Below are positions 12,106-25,754 of a stretch of 64,000 nucleotides of DNA, one piece after another. The notes beneath the pieces are model-generated. The model saw nothing but the letters and a program-made list of their open reading frames with translations. It did not search any database and was not told where the DNA came from. The stretch comes from Chlorokybus atmophyticus (Eukaryota > Plantae > Mesostigma and Chlorokybus algae): NCBI GenBank assembly GCA_009103225.1, contig RHPI01001715.1:373819-437818 (forward strand), given 5' to 3'. A program made the translations under genes and the position numbers. The first letter of the stretch is position 1. Every line of letters starts with the position of its first letter.

Positions 12106-12756
12106 TGTTGTCGGCTGGGTTGTGGTCGGCGTAGCTGTTGTTGTCGTCGTCGTGTACGGAGTACGGCTAGCAGACATGGCCTCAGCTGCTAAAAAGTAGT
12201 CTCACTGCTTTCCGGTGAGACTGCTGCAACTCTGCTGTGCTGTGCGGCAAGTGGTTCGGGTGCTGCTGTGTGTGCAGCGCAGGTAAGAAGCCTTTTGCTT
12301 CTCCGCATGGCTTTCCGCATGGCTGAGCTCAATACGATTGCGTGTTGCCATGCTGAAAGGCTGTCGGTGTCTTTGTTCTGCATACGTGTGGATGAAGGCC
12401 CGCGTTGCTTGGTGTGCCTGGCCGTTTGCACAACCGGAGATGCTTTGTGTGCGTGCGTATGTGTGGTTGACACAGCCATTTGCCAAGAAACGAAACAATT
12501 GCCTAGCAGCTGCCGTGCTGTGAGGGTTGGCTCCTGCCAACTGTGTGCATATGCAGGCATCTGCTGCGGTCTGTGCTTTGCCTTTTATACGATACAATGT
12601 AGCCTGAGGCATACTTGCTGATGCTGGTGCTTTTCTGTATGTGGTGCACTTTGCATTGTCTGCTTTTGTTTCGGAGCCAAGCTTGACTTACGTGACTCAC
12701 TTGCAGTGCGCAGCTGCCTTGCTATTTACTCCTGCGAGAACGGAAGAGTTTGTAAC

Positions 12757-13949
12757 ATGGCGTCAGTGGCAGTAAGCCCAGTGCGAACCGCCTGCGGTAA
12801 ACTGCAGGTAGATTGCGTAGACCAAATCTGGGTGCCACGGCAAGTGAGTAATTGCTTCAGCGGTTATCTGACTGTCGGTTGGTCTTGTCACAATTCTAGC
12901 ACCATTTATTATTACTTCTTCGCAGGAACAATGCAAGTTGATGACAACACGAGGTGTGCCAGAGGTTGTGGACCAGGTACACGAATTAGCCTTATTTTTT
13001 GAGAAGGAGAGGAACAAGGAGACGGTACTGGCCTTGCGTGAGGAAATGATGAAGCTCTCGGCCCTTGAGCATGAGCTGCGCTCGCAGCAGAAAGCTATCA
13101 AGTCTGTGTCGGAGCAATACGAGTAAGTGCCGCTGCAAGCCAGTTCTAACTCAGCTGGCAAATTTGCATCATCTCACTGCTTTGTCAGGGCACCAGCGCC
13201 GATGGATGCTCCGACAGATTTTGCAGCAATTCTGACGCAACGCAAGCAAGAGATCATGGAGGCGGACCCCTTGGATGCTGAGAACCACAAGAACGTGAAG
13301 AAGTTTGACGAGGCCGTGTGGGAGGTCAACAATGCGGTACGTTGCACGCACATGCATGTCATCGACATGTGTGTGTGTTGTCGTGTGATTCGGATGTTGT
13401 TGGTGTTTGTTGAGCTTGCATGACCGTTACTGGCTTCGGCACAGGGCCTCCCCATGCCTGGCACGGAAGATGAGGAGGTGATGTGTGCTACGGCTACAGT
13501 CAGCGCTAACACAAAGTGCCCCATCACAAGCGTACCAGTCTTTGAGCTTGAAAACCCAGTGAAGAGCAAACTGTGTGGTCACGTTTATGATGGGTACGTT
13601 TCAATCAGCTTATGTATAGGGTATGAGTCGTGATCAACTTATGTTTGCATCCTGGAGTCGCTCCAATGAGCTTCTTCTCCCTTGCTGACTGTTGCTCTAC
13701 TTCAACAGAAACTGTATTGAGGAGTATATCAACGGGCAAATCAGACACCAAAGACACGGCGCCCGCTCGCGAGCGACGGACGTGCAATGTCCCCAGCACG
13801 GCTGCTCCCGCCTGATCAACAAGTCTGTGATAGAAGAAGCGGATGACATCCTTGCTGAGGCCGCCAGGCTCAGACGGCAACGGCCAACCGGCAATGCCAA
13901 CCGGCAGCATGTTGAAGACATCACTCAAGATGTTGAAGATGTAGAGTAA
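12757..13949 (+). CDS. MMS21: E3 SUMO ligase MMS21/NSE2 (HPY2), SP-RING
   Basis: Exons 12757-12843, 12926-13122, 13189-13336, 13445-13593 and 13709-13949 give ...KKFDEAVWEVNNAGLPMPGTEDEEV...NTKCPITSVPVFELENPVKSKLCGHVYDG...CPQHGC...EDITQDVEDVE*, matching plant MMS21. Confidence 0.93.
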
Positions 13950-14457
13950 TTGCAGCGTGTTCATGCAGAGGCATGCTGCTGCTGTCCTGTTGAGGCCCCG
14001 TGCACACGGCTGCGCAGAGTACTGTTGCTTGGAATTGTCGACCAAAGCCAAGATGGGTATAACCTCACTTGACCACAGCATTAGACATTGGAAGCATGCT
14101 AGCAGGCTCCCACGGACACACTTCATACGTACAGATGTACATGGGTATGGTCACAGCAACAACGCAAAACAACTGATATGAAAAAAGCGTTCCTAACACA
14201 GCACACGCTACTCGCTATCACATAGCACAATTGATGCAAGTTGCACACTGTCAGACACACTTCGGATGTGCGCTAAGAGTGTGAATCATACTGTGTACAA
14301 AGGATGTGACGGTGATTTGGTGCATGTCTCATATGCACCACGGCCCGTGGTCCATGGGAGCTGATGGTGTTGATGATGGGGATGTTGGCATTGGGTAAAT
14401 CAGACGGGCACTTGCGACTACGATGTTGCAATTTGAGAGATTTGGGCGCAAAGGCTT

Positions 14458-14628
14458 CGTTACTGTCTGGTGATGCAGGCTACATTACCAGACAGTAACG
14501 AAGTCAAAAAACTGGTGGGCTTGCCGGGCCCGTATTGTGGAAAGACCGTGTGATGCAGGCTACATCACCAGACAGTAACGAAGTCAAAAAACTGGAGGGC
14601 TTGCCGGGCCCGTATTGTGGAAAGACCG
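14458..14628. repeat. 80-bp tandem duplication (14470-14548 / 14550-14628) overlapping an 18-bp hairpin (14458-14500)
   Basis: cgttactgtctggtgatg-caggcta-cattaccagacagtaacg. The second copy restores the perfect complement catcaccagacagtaacg. Confidence 0.85.
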
Positions 14629-14842
14629 AAGTCTGTTCCCGTCCTTATCGAGGGAGATGCTAAACTTCTCTCGGCTCAACGAACACAAATCAACGACGCA
14701 CAAACCAATACTGTTATGCACAAGACTTTTACCACCTGCACGACAGCTGCTTTGCATCCTGATAGCAGCCGGCGGATCCAGCGGTGGCAGTGTGGTTGCT
14801 GCGGTGGTCTCCGTCAGTGGCGGCGACGGCGTTGGTGGTGGG

Positions 14843-17761
14843 ATGGATTATGACGAGGCGTGGACGGAGTCAGGGGAGGCGCAGCGAGAGGTGGAGTATG
14901 CTGTGCGGGCGTGCTACAGCCACCTTGTGCGCCATCCTGAGGCTCAAAGCCGGTCAGTTTGGTTGCCGTTGCAGCATTGCAAAGCAGCAATAACAGCTTC
15001 CGGCAATGACCTTTTCCAATGCTGCCAAAACCTGTTATACTCCAAGCCAGCTGATAGTGGCTCTGTCTTATTGCATAAAGTGCTTATCGTTTTGCCAAAC
15101 GGCAGCATACGTTTGGTGAGAGACAAGCACGCCGCCTACCTGCTGAAGGGTCTGAAGCAACTCGGGAGCTCTTACGCATGCTTGGATGCCAGGTGGGGCA
15201 GCTGCTAACGCTCACATCATGGTGATCGTACACACAGTGCATACAATGCATGCTGCCTGCAGTACTGGCACGCTTGTCACACACGGTTGCAGGCATGCTA
15301 ATTGACAGCTGTGTCCACCGTGCAGTCGGACATGGTTGTGCTACTGGATTTTGCACGCTTTGGCCTTGCTAGAAGTACCTTTACCAGAGAGCTTGCGCCT
15401 CAACTGCCTGGACTTCCTCAAACGCTGTCAGGTGCTTGAGGACCTAGTGGCATGAGCAGCACGTTCAACTTGTTAGCTCGGTTGTGTGCTTGCGTATGAG
15501 CTTACGAGCAAGTCGCACGCAGAGTACAAGAGGAGGCTTTGGTGGCGGCCCCGGTCAGGTAAGTTGACTCTGCCAAATGCATGTAGGTAAGCTCATTTAG
15601 GCACCTGACAGCTGTCGCGTTCCTGCATTATCACTTGTTTCAAGCTGTGCTGACCTGCATGACTCTGCAGCTACCCCACCTGGCTACCAACTATGCTGCT
15701 GTTTGTGCAATCCTCACTCTAGGAGGTGAAGATGCATACTCCATGATAGACAGGTACTTCATGTTGCACTGTTGCCCTACTGCGCAACCTCTGCACGTAT
15801 TGTCAATTGGTTTACCAATTGCTGGCGCAGGGAGGCTATGCACCAGTACTTGCTCAGTCTGAAAGACCCAAGCGGCGGTTTTCGGTATAGCTGGGCAACA
15901 TACGTCATGTGATTGCATGGAAAATGTTGTGACGTTGCTCTCACACAATTGTTGGGTGTGCAGAGTGCATGCAGATGGGGAGATCGACGTGCGCGGGTCA
16001 TTCACAGCCATGGCGGTCAGTGCGTCATTATCACATGTCTGGCATCTTCAGTGTGTCATGTTCATGTTCAACTGCAAGTGTAAGTTGCTGCTCAGCTTGC
16101 TTTGTTAACTACAGGTAGCGCACCTTCTGAACCTGAAGACTCCACAACTTCTGCAAGGCGTAGGAGAGTACATTGCAAGGTGGGTCAGCTTCTTGGTTGC
16201 ATGTGTTCAACTGTGAATGCTGTCGTTGTGCGTGCTTTCCGTTATGTGTGTTGCCCCTGCGTTCTTAAACAGAAGGCTGTGGCCTGACACACAGCTGGCG
16301 CGAACGTCTTTAATGCCAGCTGTCAAACGTACGAGGGTGGTATTGGAGGTGAGCCAGGAGCAGAGGCGCACGGCGGATACACATTCTGCGGCCTGGCAGC
16401 AGCGGTTCTAGCAGGCACTGCTTCAAGACTCAATCTGCCATTGTTACTGGTAAGGTCTGCTAACTTGAACTGACGTTGTGTGCGCATTCTGCTTGGCAAC
16501 CACATCTATTGCTGTCTGGCAAAGTGTGCGCGTACCTCGCATGTCATCTGCAAGTAGTGCTTGTTGAGCCAACAGCTCAATTGCTCACTTTGCATCAAAC
16601 AGAACTGGGCCGTGCATCGTCAAGGTGCAGTTGAAGGTGGTTTCCAGGGCCGAACAAACAAGCTGGTGGATGGCTGCTACTCATTTTGGCAGGTGAGATT
16701 ATGCTTGCGCCTTACTTGAAATTCAGAGCAGAAAGTAAAGAAACAGGTTCAGGGAAAGCACAATGTAAAGGGCTTTCTACTTGCAGGGAGCTATCTTTGC
16801 CATCTTACAAAGCCTGAAGGGTGAGATGGAAACTCAGTCCACCAACTTGCAGCAACCAGTGTTGGAGGCCGCAAGCTCTGTGCAATCACCTAAAGCAGAG
16901 CAAGAAGCAATAAAACAAGCGCTTGCTGGACCCATAGCACCTGCCTTGGAGCGGGCTACCGCAGCTGAGTTGTTTAGTGAAGCACCCATAGCAAGAACTC
17001 ATCACCAAGCCGAACTTCATGTGCTTTCTGATGGCCAAGAGGTGCGTTACTACCGAAGCTGCAGCTGGTAGCGCTTCATGTCGCGGCTGGCCCCACACCA
17101 ATCTCATTGATCTTCTTGTGCTACGTTACCGCAGGATAACATTTTGGGTGATGATGACGATCTGTTTTGGCTGGCTGGTCAACATGATGCTGATATCGAA
17201 ACCGCAGCAGTCGATAGCACTCCCTCTGCTGGCAGCGAGGAGCAGCACTGGCTCACAACATGGTTTGACCCCATGGCGCTGCAGGGTTACCTTCTCTTGT
17301 GCTGCCAATTGCCTGAGGGCGGTCTGCGCGACAAGCCTGGCAAGTAAGCCGCCTCTTCCCGCAGCATGTCATGGTTGAGATGGGACTTTGTCTCACTTGC
17401 TTGCTCGAGCAGGTCGCGAGATTACTATCACACGTGCTACTGTTTAAGTGGCTTATCTGTCGCGCAACATATGTCAGAGCCTCCCCAAGTGCTGGGCGTC
17501 TCGTCGAATCTGCTGGTATGTGCATTGTTGCGTGCTGTCCACTACACTGCAAGCGCAAACATCCGCAACCCTTGATGCATGCATTGTTGCATGCTGTCAA
17601 CTTGTCCGTGCTGGTTGAGCACTCTCATTGATACGTTTATGACGGTTGAATTGTTGGTCCAGACGGCAACTGAGCCACTGTCAAACATCCGCCTTGACCG
17701 GCATCAAGAAGCCATTGCCTACTTTCATCAGCTTCCGCCAGTTCCCACAGAACCCAGCTAG
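14843..17761 (+). CDS. ERA1: Protein farnesyltransferase beta subunit, multi-exon
   Basis: Exons encode KHAAYLLKGLKQLGSSYACLDASRTWLCYWILHALALL, GGFGGGPGQLPHLATNYAAV, GEIDVRGSFTAMAV, EGGFQGRTNKLVDGCYSFWQG, EGGLRDKPGKSRDYYHTCYCLSGLSVAQH and a terminal EAIAYFHQLP. Confidence 0.95.
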
Positions 17762-20700
17762 ATGTCTCAGCCACCCGTGTGCAACACTGCACGTGCTTTG
17801 CATTATACATGCTTGCGGGTGCCATTGGCCAACTGCTTGTCGATGTGAAGCAGCGACAGCAACTGCCTTGGTGTTGCACTTGCATCTTCTCGTTCACAAC
17901 TCAAGATTGCCAATCACCCACAATGCTTGTGACCTCCCCACACTGGGTGCTGTCAGCAAGGCCTGCTAACCACGCAATCAGCAATGTTGGGCGAGGCATG
18001 GCATCTTGTAGCAATCTATCAGTATGCTGTTGGCGCAGTTCATGCTAGTTTACATTGCGAGTGTTATGTTGGCGCAGTTGCATGCCAACATAACCTTGTG
18101 ATTCCTGTAGCTTACCTGCTATTGCGACTGGTGATGGCGCGTGGGGCAAATACTTCATCTGTGAAATGTCACGTTGCCAATTTGCAACATACACAGTCAT
18201 GCAAACATGTGTGCAGTTCCCTAGCACTCGCTACGATCAGCATTTGACTGTACCGTACATACTTGAGCAGAGCCCCNNNNNNNNNNNNNNNNNNNNNNNN
18301 NNNNNNNNNNNNNNNNNNNNNNNNNNNNNNNNNNNNNNNNNNNNNNNNNNNNNNNNNNNNNNNNNNNNNNNNNNNNNNNNNNNNNNNNNNNNNNNNNNNN
18401 NNNNNNNNNNNNNNNNNNNNNNNNNNNNNNNNNNNNNNNNNNNNNNNNNNNNNNNNNNNNNNNNNNNNNNNNNNNNNCCCCCTTTCCCCCCTCCCCCTTG
18501 CCTCCTTAATCTTATATGCAGCCCCCCTTCACTATTAGCATGCAAGGGCTCCTCGCATACATGCGTGCAAGTGTGTACAAAAGAACAGCTAGGGGATGTG
18601 CTGAGTAGTGGAGGCAAAAGCAAGGGGAAGGTGGGAGCAGTATAAAATTGGGGTAATGCAAAGTGAAGCGATGTAGGATTGTAAAGTGACCTTTGTCGAA
18701 CATGTCGAAATAATCTTTCCAATTGCTGTCGCATGCAAATCATACATAAATGATGCAATGTTTGAACACGCCATGCTCCACCAACCATGCGCACTCATGA
18801 CTCAACATACGGTGGTGGGTTATGCATCACAAGCATAGCATACCATGAGCTGCGAAGGGCAGGCTTAAACCCCTTACAGCTAACACACATGTTGGATCGC
18901 GTGAGCGTTTCCCCACCAGCAAACTGCCGACCAACTTGTGTACCCACCGCCCCTACTAATCATCATAAAAAGTGGGCACTGCGTTTGTGTCACACTGGCC
19001 ACCTTGGCAAGTGTGGCACATAGCCCACGGCGTGGCTATATGATATGTGACACTTGGTTACACGTCGTTTCATTTAAGGTACATTGATGTGAACGGCTAC
19101 TCCTTTCGTGCAAATCCAATGTTTATTTAACAAAGCTCCGAAGCGTTATAGCTTGAAAGCAGGAAGTAAGAATTCTCTCAACCTATGTAATTACATGCGT
19201 ACTATACAAGGTTATATATCAGAATCTTCATAGGTTGCTACAACTACACTCGTTGCAATCATTATTGTCATGTTTTGAGGTTGTCCATTGGATACACTAT
19301 ATCTACTCTGCAAGTACATTTTGCCATGTCATTCGTCCTTGCATGCCAGCCTTCCTCGAGCATGCCTACATCACAATTGCTGCGCCGCCTATCAGCATGA
19401 AGACTCGCGCGCGCGACTAAACAGTAGCTAGATCATGAGTCTAGACTAGCTCATGACCTTAGCCTTCATAGGTACTGCGCGTAGCTGTTCAGTTGTGAGT
19501 TCAGTTATAAAACATGTTTTATATCAAGTTTAGGATTTTCATTAAGAAGCCTTAATATAACCATCAGCTTATGTTCAAAACATTTAAGATTTAATTTGTA
19601 TAAGTAATCAAAGTGTCCATCGGGTTGACAAGTGACACTGTGAGTGAGAAACTTCAAAGAGCTTGTGAAGAGATTTGAACAGTGAATGCGCCACCTCGGT
19701 TGCTAAGAATCCCTTTGCCGTGCAAGAGCCTGTGCATGCTCTTATGCACTGTGCTTGTCATTGATGTGAACTTGGTGTGCTTGGTTGCGGTGTGCTCTTT
19801 AGCATCAATTAGGGCATGGCATCCACGAGTTGCGTGCTCATTCACCTCACTTAACAGTGTAACACATTTTCCACTCATGCAAAAAAATGTGTAAACTTGT
19901 TAAACACCACTACCTACTTGTTGGCTTTGTGCCCTAGAGCACAGCATGTGTACTAGAGTGGAGAGCATCTCCACAAGCTCATTATTGTGATCAGTGAGCA
20001 GGCTTAGGCAGGACTCGTCATCATGAGAGCCGAGTTGCTTTTTGCTTATGCTAACATGCTGCAGCAGCATGTCCGGAGAGCATGTTCTCCTCTATGGCTG
20101 TCCGGAACAGCATGACACTAGACTCACTTGCCATGACAATTCAAATCAATGCCACATTACATATGATGATTATATATATTATACATAACGGTTACAACAC
20201 ATATATGACATGATGCTGAACATGATATTCAGCTCCAAAACCTACATTATCACGTACGTTTATATACTATATGTCTGGCATAGTAATACGCGCATCATTG
20301 ATATTTTTTTTATTGAGCATATATACGTACATTTTCGAATTTATTGTATATAAAACGAAATGCAATCATCTATCATCGATTTCCATGGAACACATGATTT
20401 TCATTACAGATGCACTCTTTGCAAGCACTTATAGAACGATATGAAGGCAAAACACGGCGGGGCAGTACTACTCCATGATATAAATAGCATGGACGTACTT
20501 CAGCACGTACTTCTTTTGACAGTTCATTTCAATACAACATCCTTTGAAGTTGACGAGTGGCCCATTTCTGTAATTGATGTGGTAAAAATTGTCACCACAT
20601 TATCTACTCAATTTCACCATAAAACTTTAGCACTTCATATGTCCGTGTCCCTCTTCATTTATAAACTCAGTGTTGCATATGTTGCATGCGTTAGGTATTA

Positions 20701-22861
20701 TATACATAACACAATGAAGGTGAAAGGGATTGATTGGTCTAGTTTAATGCTCCACGCTCTCAATAGCGATGATACTTATGCAATGATTAATTATGCAGCT
20801 GTTAATCTACACTATTGCACGTTATATGTTGTACTTAGCAACAGCATAGCCGAACATACGGGGACCAGGCTGCAAATGTAGTGCAAAACATACCACTCGG
20901 TTTGAGGAAACATCAAGACAATATCATCACGATACACAACAATTCTTGCAGCATACATGTTTTACATGCAATTTAAACATAGAGTAAAATTTCAACATGT
21001 GAGGCTGTAAATCAGCATTACATCATATTGTTATCAACGCAATGAATTTAAAAAGCCAATTACAACGTAAACGCAACAAAGACTAGGGTTGCTTTTGATG
21101 GCTAAGTCGGTCGCACTTTTTGTTATATTATTTACAAGTAATAATCTATTAACGTAATTGTCAAAACTTATATTACATCTTGCTTAAAATACCACACACA
21201 AACAACACAATAAATATGCATACATATGTATATACCGCTACCTTTCGTCATTATATAAAGTAGATAGCAAGCACAACTTGCGTATGAATAGCGTATCAAT
21301 TGTAAATCGTGTACAACATAATGTGATGCAATCATTATCACATTGCAAGTGTTGTATGTGCAAAGCTCCACAGCACGACACAACATAACACAACACAACA
21401 CACTACAAACGATATGTATGCCACAGGTACATACAAATGTCTTACTTACTCTATACGCAAAACGAAACTATCATGGGTACAAGATGCCATAACTTGCCTT
21501 GCAAGTGGGCCAGAAGTTCTGGCTAATACTTGAGGGCTGTGGACTGTTTATACAATCCTTTGCTCCGTACAACTTGCACATTCGTACGCTCCATCCGCCA
21601 GGGTGAAGCCTGGGTTTTGGCTTCGGAGCGTGCCGAGCAAACACCGTACACGCTTCGTTCCTAACGCGCCCTCCACCACGCATGCGGTCTGTGGCAGAGT
21701 CTCTGCCGTTCGCACAAGTTTTCACCAGCAGCGGCCGTACAAATCTGTACTACGCAGAAACATTCAACTTGTGTGTCGAGCCCGCCCCAGTTGGACCGCC
21801 CACCCAGGCCGTCTGTCGCCACGCAATTTTGGCGACAATATGTATATTTCGAGCCTAGACGTTAAATTTTCCACAACGGGTCATTGAAAGTTTGCGCAGG
21901 CTTTACCAGTCAGGACAGCAGGTGGAAGCGGGCTCTTGTATGATTACCAGTTCATTAAGCATGTTCTGGCTTGAGCAGTCCCTTGCAATCATCATAGTGA
22001 GTGCCTCAGCCTGAGCCTAGCTTGAAGCACCGCAACAAAGCACAAATCATGAAATGAGTAGGTCGGGCCAAATATAACCAACTGCGCGGCGCGACAAGGC
22101 GACTCGTCCTAGACAAGCAAGCCGCTTTTTGCACCAACCAATCATGATGCAATGGCCTTTAACTGACAAGGAAGCTTGCGCGCAGAGTCCCTTTTCTGTT
22201 TTCTCCTGTCGCAGTCAGTTGAGAGGCCACTTCGCCAGGTGGGCTGGTTAATTGAAGGGGACTAATGTGGAATCCGCATGTTTGCAAGTATGCGTTTGCA
22301 GTGTAGGGCCTACTAGGCACGCAGGAGTTAATGGGTACAATTATGCGCTTGAAAAAGCACGTGTACGGCGATTGGTGTTACGGACAAAGGGACGGGATGC
22401 TTCCGTTTAAGTTGTATGCGATATAAGCAAGCACGGTACACTGTACTGAGGATAGCAGGAGGGAAGCTGAGCGATGCGAACGTTACCGTTACGGGAGGAG
22501 CTCTTAACGAACGTGGCTTTTGCGTCCGCATTGGCATTGGCCATAACGTTGGCCGTGGGTGAGTGCGGGCCGCGGCGGCGGCAGCCGTGGCGGTGGTGGC
22601 GAAGGTGTGGGCGGCGGACGTGGTAGCGGCTGTCGGTGCGTGCGGGACGGGGTGGCTTGAAGGGGGCATTGAGGGTGTGGAGCGTCGATGGGACTCGCAT
22701 AGGCGGGCAATGCGGACGCTGCTAAGTTAGGACCAGACCCACATGAGCGAGGAGTGGATGGTTGGGCGGTGATGGCCTGGGCGGTCTACGCCTTGCTGTC
22801 GTTGGGTTGGACGGGGATGTGGTCGTGGGGTTGAGTTGCTTGTCAGGCGTTGCCGTGGCGG

Positions 22862-25754
22862 ATGTGGCTGCCCGCCGCCGCTGTCGCCTCCAACAGCGAT
22901 GCCCCGGGCGACACCGACGATATGCGCACTGTCCTTCCGCGCCTGTCCTTTCGCCCCGTCACAGTTGGCGCAATGAGCAACGAGGCAGCTCTGCCCCCAG
23001 TGCCCCACCACCACGCTTATGGGCCAAACCCTAGCTGGTTCAGTGCTGGTGGGCCAGTGCCGTCAGGTTCCGGCGGTGGGCACCCCTCTACCCCTATGTC
23101 CCTGCCTCCTGGTGCCTGGGGAATGCACGAAGCGCACCCGCACTGGATGCGCCCTGGAAACGCCCCTCCAAGTCCGCCCCTCCTGGCCAAGCACAACAGC
23201 CATGCTGGCCACAAGGTCCCTTCTGGCGACGGGCCGTACGTCCGAGCAAAGCGAGTGCAGGTACACACTGACACTTTTGTCGTGAACCCTCACGCACCAA
23301 TGGCAGGGCACTGCTGAGGGTTGGAACTTACAGACCGACATAGCTGGCTTGCAAGCACTGTGCAATGCTGCGTGTGCCAGTAGTAGCATCAGCTATAAGT
23401 GATCTCAACATGTGGCCAGCCACAACATACCAGTACTTCTGCACTCCAGTGGTCTGTTGTTGTCAATTGCTGTGTAGGTCAGGACGTGTTGCTGTCATGC
23501 ATATGGTCGCCTCTCTTTGCCAGACACTCTTGAACCAAGTTCTATGTAGGCTGATGGCATTACTGTGTGTTTATATTGGCTTTATGCATGGCGCAAGGCT
23601 CAGCATTTCATATGGCATGGTGCAGTTTTTTTGTGACAAAGCTAAAGGCGTTAGTGGCATTTACCGGGTGTTCCCCATGTGTTTCCCCCATGGTACTTCT
23701 GTGTCAGCTTGTGGAGAAGGATCCGGATCGCGCGATTGCTCTATTTTGGGCTGCCATCAATGCTGGAGACCGGACAGATTCAGCCTTGAAGGATATGGCG
23801 ATAGTTATGAAGCAGCAAGGTCGCGCAGAGGAAGCTATTGAGGCAGTGCGATCCTTTCGTGACCGCTGCAGTGCTGCTGCGCAGGAATCCCTCGAAAATG
23901 TGTTGCTGGACTTGTATAAGGTACCAGCACAGTCCAGTGCCACTGGAGCATCATACTTGTGGGTTGCATACCTTATGTTCTAATTGTGTCTGCACTGTTT
24001 ATACTATGCAGCGGTGCGGTCGGCTGGAGGATCAAGTTGATCTTCTGCAACATAAGCTGAAAATGATTGAGCAAGGTGCAGCCTTCAATGGAAAGCGTAC
24101 GAAGACAGCACGGAGCCAAGGGCGAAAGTTCCAGGTGTCCATTGTGCAAGAGCAGACTCGGTTGCTGGTACGCTCTATGTGTGGTAGACAAGGGGGGGTG
24201 AGGGGGACAGCACTACCAGAAAGCATTGCGCTGTTACTGAAGAGATCGCAGTTGTCTGGGAATTGTCACTTCGGTGGTCGTTGATGTTGTCATGCACACG
24301 CTGCTCACTATGAGCGTGTGTCTTCTCAGGGCAATCTAGGATGGGCCTACATGCAGCTGCAGAATTATGAGGCTGCAGAAGCTGTATACAGGTAAGATGA
24401 GCAGCATAAAAACTGGTTCATGGCGATGAAGCGCTAACAACCATTTCCATGCAGAAAAGCACTGGACATTGAACCCGATGACAACAAGGCTTGCAACCTT
24501 GGCATCTGCTTGATGAGACAGCATCGCTTGGCCGAGGCACGGGAGATTCTAGAGCTAGTCAATCCTTATGGAACAGGAAGATGGGGAAGTGAGAGTCGGC
24601 AGAAAAGTTATGAGCGGGCGCAGGAGGTGTTAGTGGAGCTGGATGCTTTGGAGGCTGGAAGGGCTGCATTTCAAAGGGTCGGTCATGACTTCTCAGGACG
24701 TCAGCATGGCATGGACGTTGCTGGCAGCTGGCGAGAAGTGCCTGGCTTTGAACAAGAGGCAGCTGTTGGGTACGATTTAGACGAGAGCGACGAGGACGAG
24801 GAGGGTGACTTCGAGAGTGGTGTTTCTGAACAGCTGACACCCACTCCAATCCCCATTCCCCTGACTAGGTCAGGTTCCAGTCCACATGACATCTCCGAAC
24901 AGGCATCTTTCGGACATCAGGCCAGCGACAGCCATGCAGATTCCGGGCGGGACAGTGCACCTGCGGACAGATACACGATGACGGCCAGTTCCAGCCCTAA
25001 CGTGAGCTCGAGTTCGGGAGTTAGGCCGTATCACTTGTCAACAGAACCCCAGCGCCAGGGATCCGCCCCGCATGCAGGCTGGGGAAGATACCAGTCAGAC
25101 GCCAGCGAGCCAGTTGCATCAACATCTGGCCAACCACCAACAGGTGGCAGCTCACGCTCTGGCGAGTCTTCCAAAGGCATGCATCCGCACCCCAGCAGCA
25201 GATCGAAATTGACAAGTACAGCACCACCCTGGGTGCCGGCTCATCTGGCGGCGGCATCACCCTCGTCTTGCGCAAGCTCCTTAGTCAGCTCAGGTCCGCC
25301 CTCGTCTCTGGCATCTTTAGCTTCAACATCGCGCTCATCATTTTCCTCAACGGACTCTTCAGGTGGCCGAAGAGGCTTGCTGCCCCATGCGCACATGCGT
25401 CGAGACGCCGGCGTGGCTGGCAGTTCCGGTGCAGGCAAGGACAAAGCGGACGAGAATCGGCCTAGCTTCCACCGCAGATCGTCTGTTTCCATTGAAGCCG
25501 AACGCCGCCCTCACTGGGTTGCAGACGAGTCTGCAGGTGGTTACACCAGCAAACCGCAACCAGCTGGGCGCAGGCATTCCGTTTCGGGCGTGCCTGCTCT
25601 TGATGTGGTCTCACAGTTAGCTGCTCGCATGCATGGGGCAAATGTAGATGATGCAGATGGTGAAGCCTCAGGAGAGCTTACTGGTAAAGAACGGCGCCGC
25701 CTCCCTGTCTTTCAAGTGTTGGCCGAGGAGGACTGCGCAGGGTCTGCGAAGTAA
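22862..25754 (+). CDS. MS5/TDM1/SDI1-family tetratricopeptide-repeat protein with a long Ser-rich C-terminal extension
   Basis: Exons to 23260, 23708-23920, 24012-24167, 24330-24391 and 24455-25754 give HKVPSGDGPYVRAKRVQLVEKDPDRAIALFWAAINAGDRTDSALKDMAIVMKQQGRAEEAIEA...GNLGWAYMQ...NKACNLGICLM. The start codon is uncertain (22862 or 22922). Confidence 0.93.

Noticed and set aside
12177-12200. ATG at 12177 as the MMS21 start
   Set aside because: In-frame TAG after seven codons. ATG 12757 gives a clean spliced protein resembling plant MMS21.
14470-14628. CRISPR-like or snoRNA interpretation of the short direct repeats (also 10522-10607)
   Set aside because: Only two adjacent copies, no unique spacers, eukaryotic context, and no convincing C/D box pair.
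18480-22300. Endogenous viral or transposase ORFs in the AT-rich intergenic region
   Set aside because: Only short stop-riddled peptides with no motif I could recognise.
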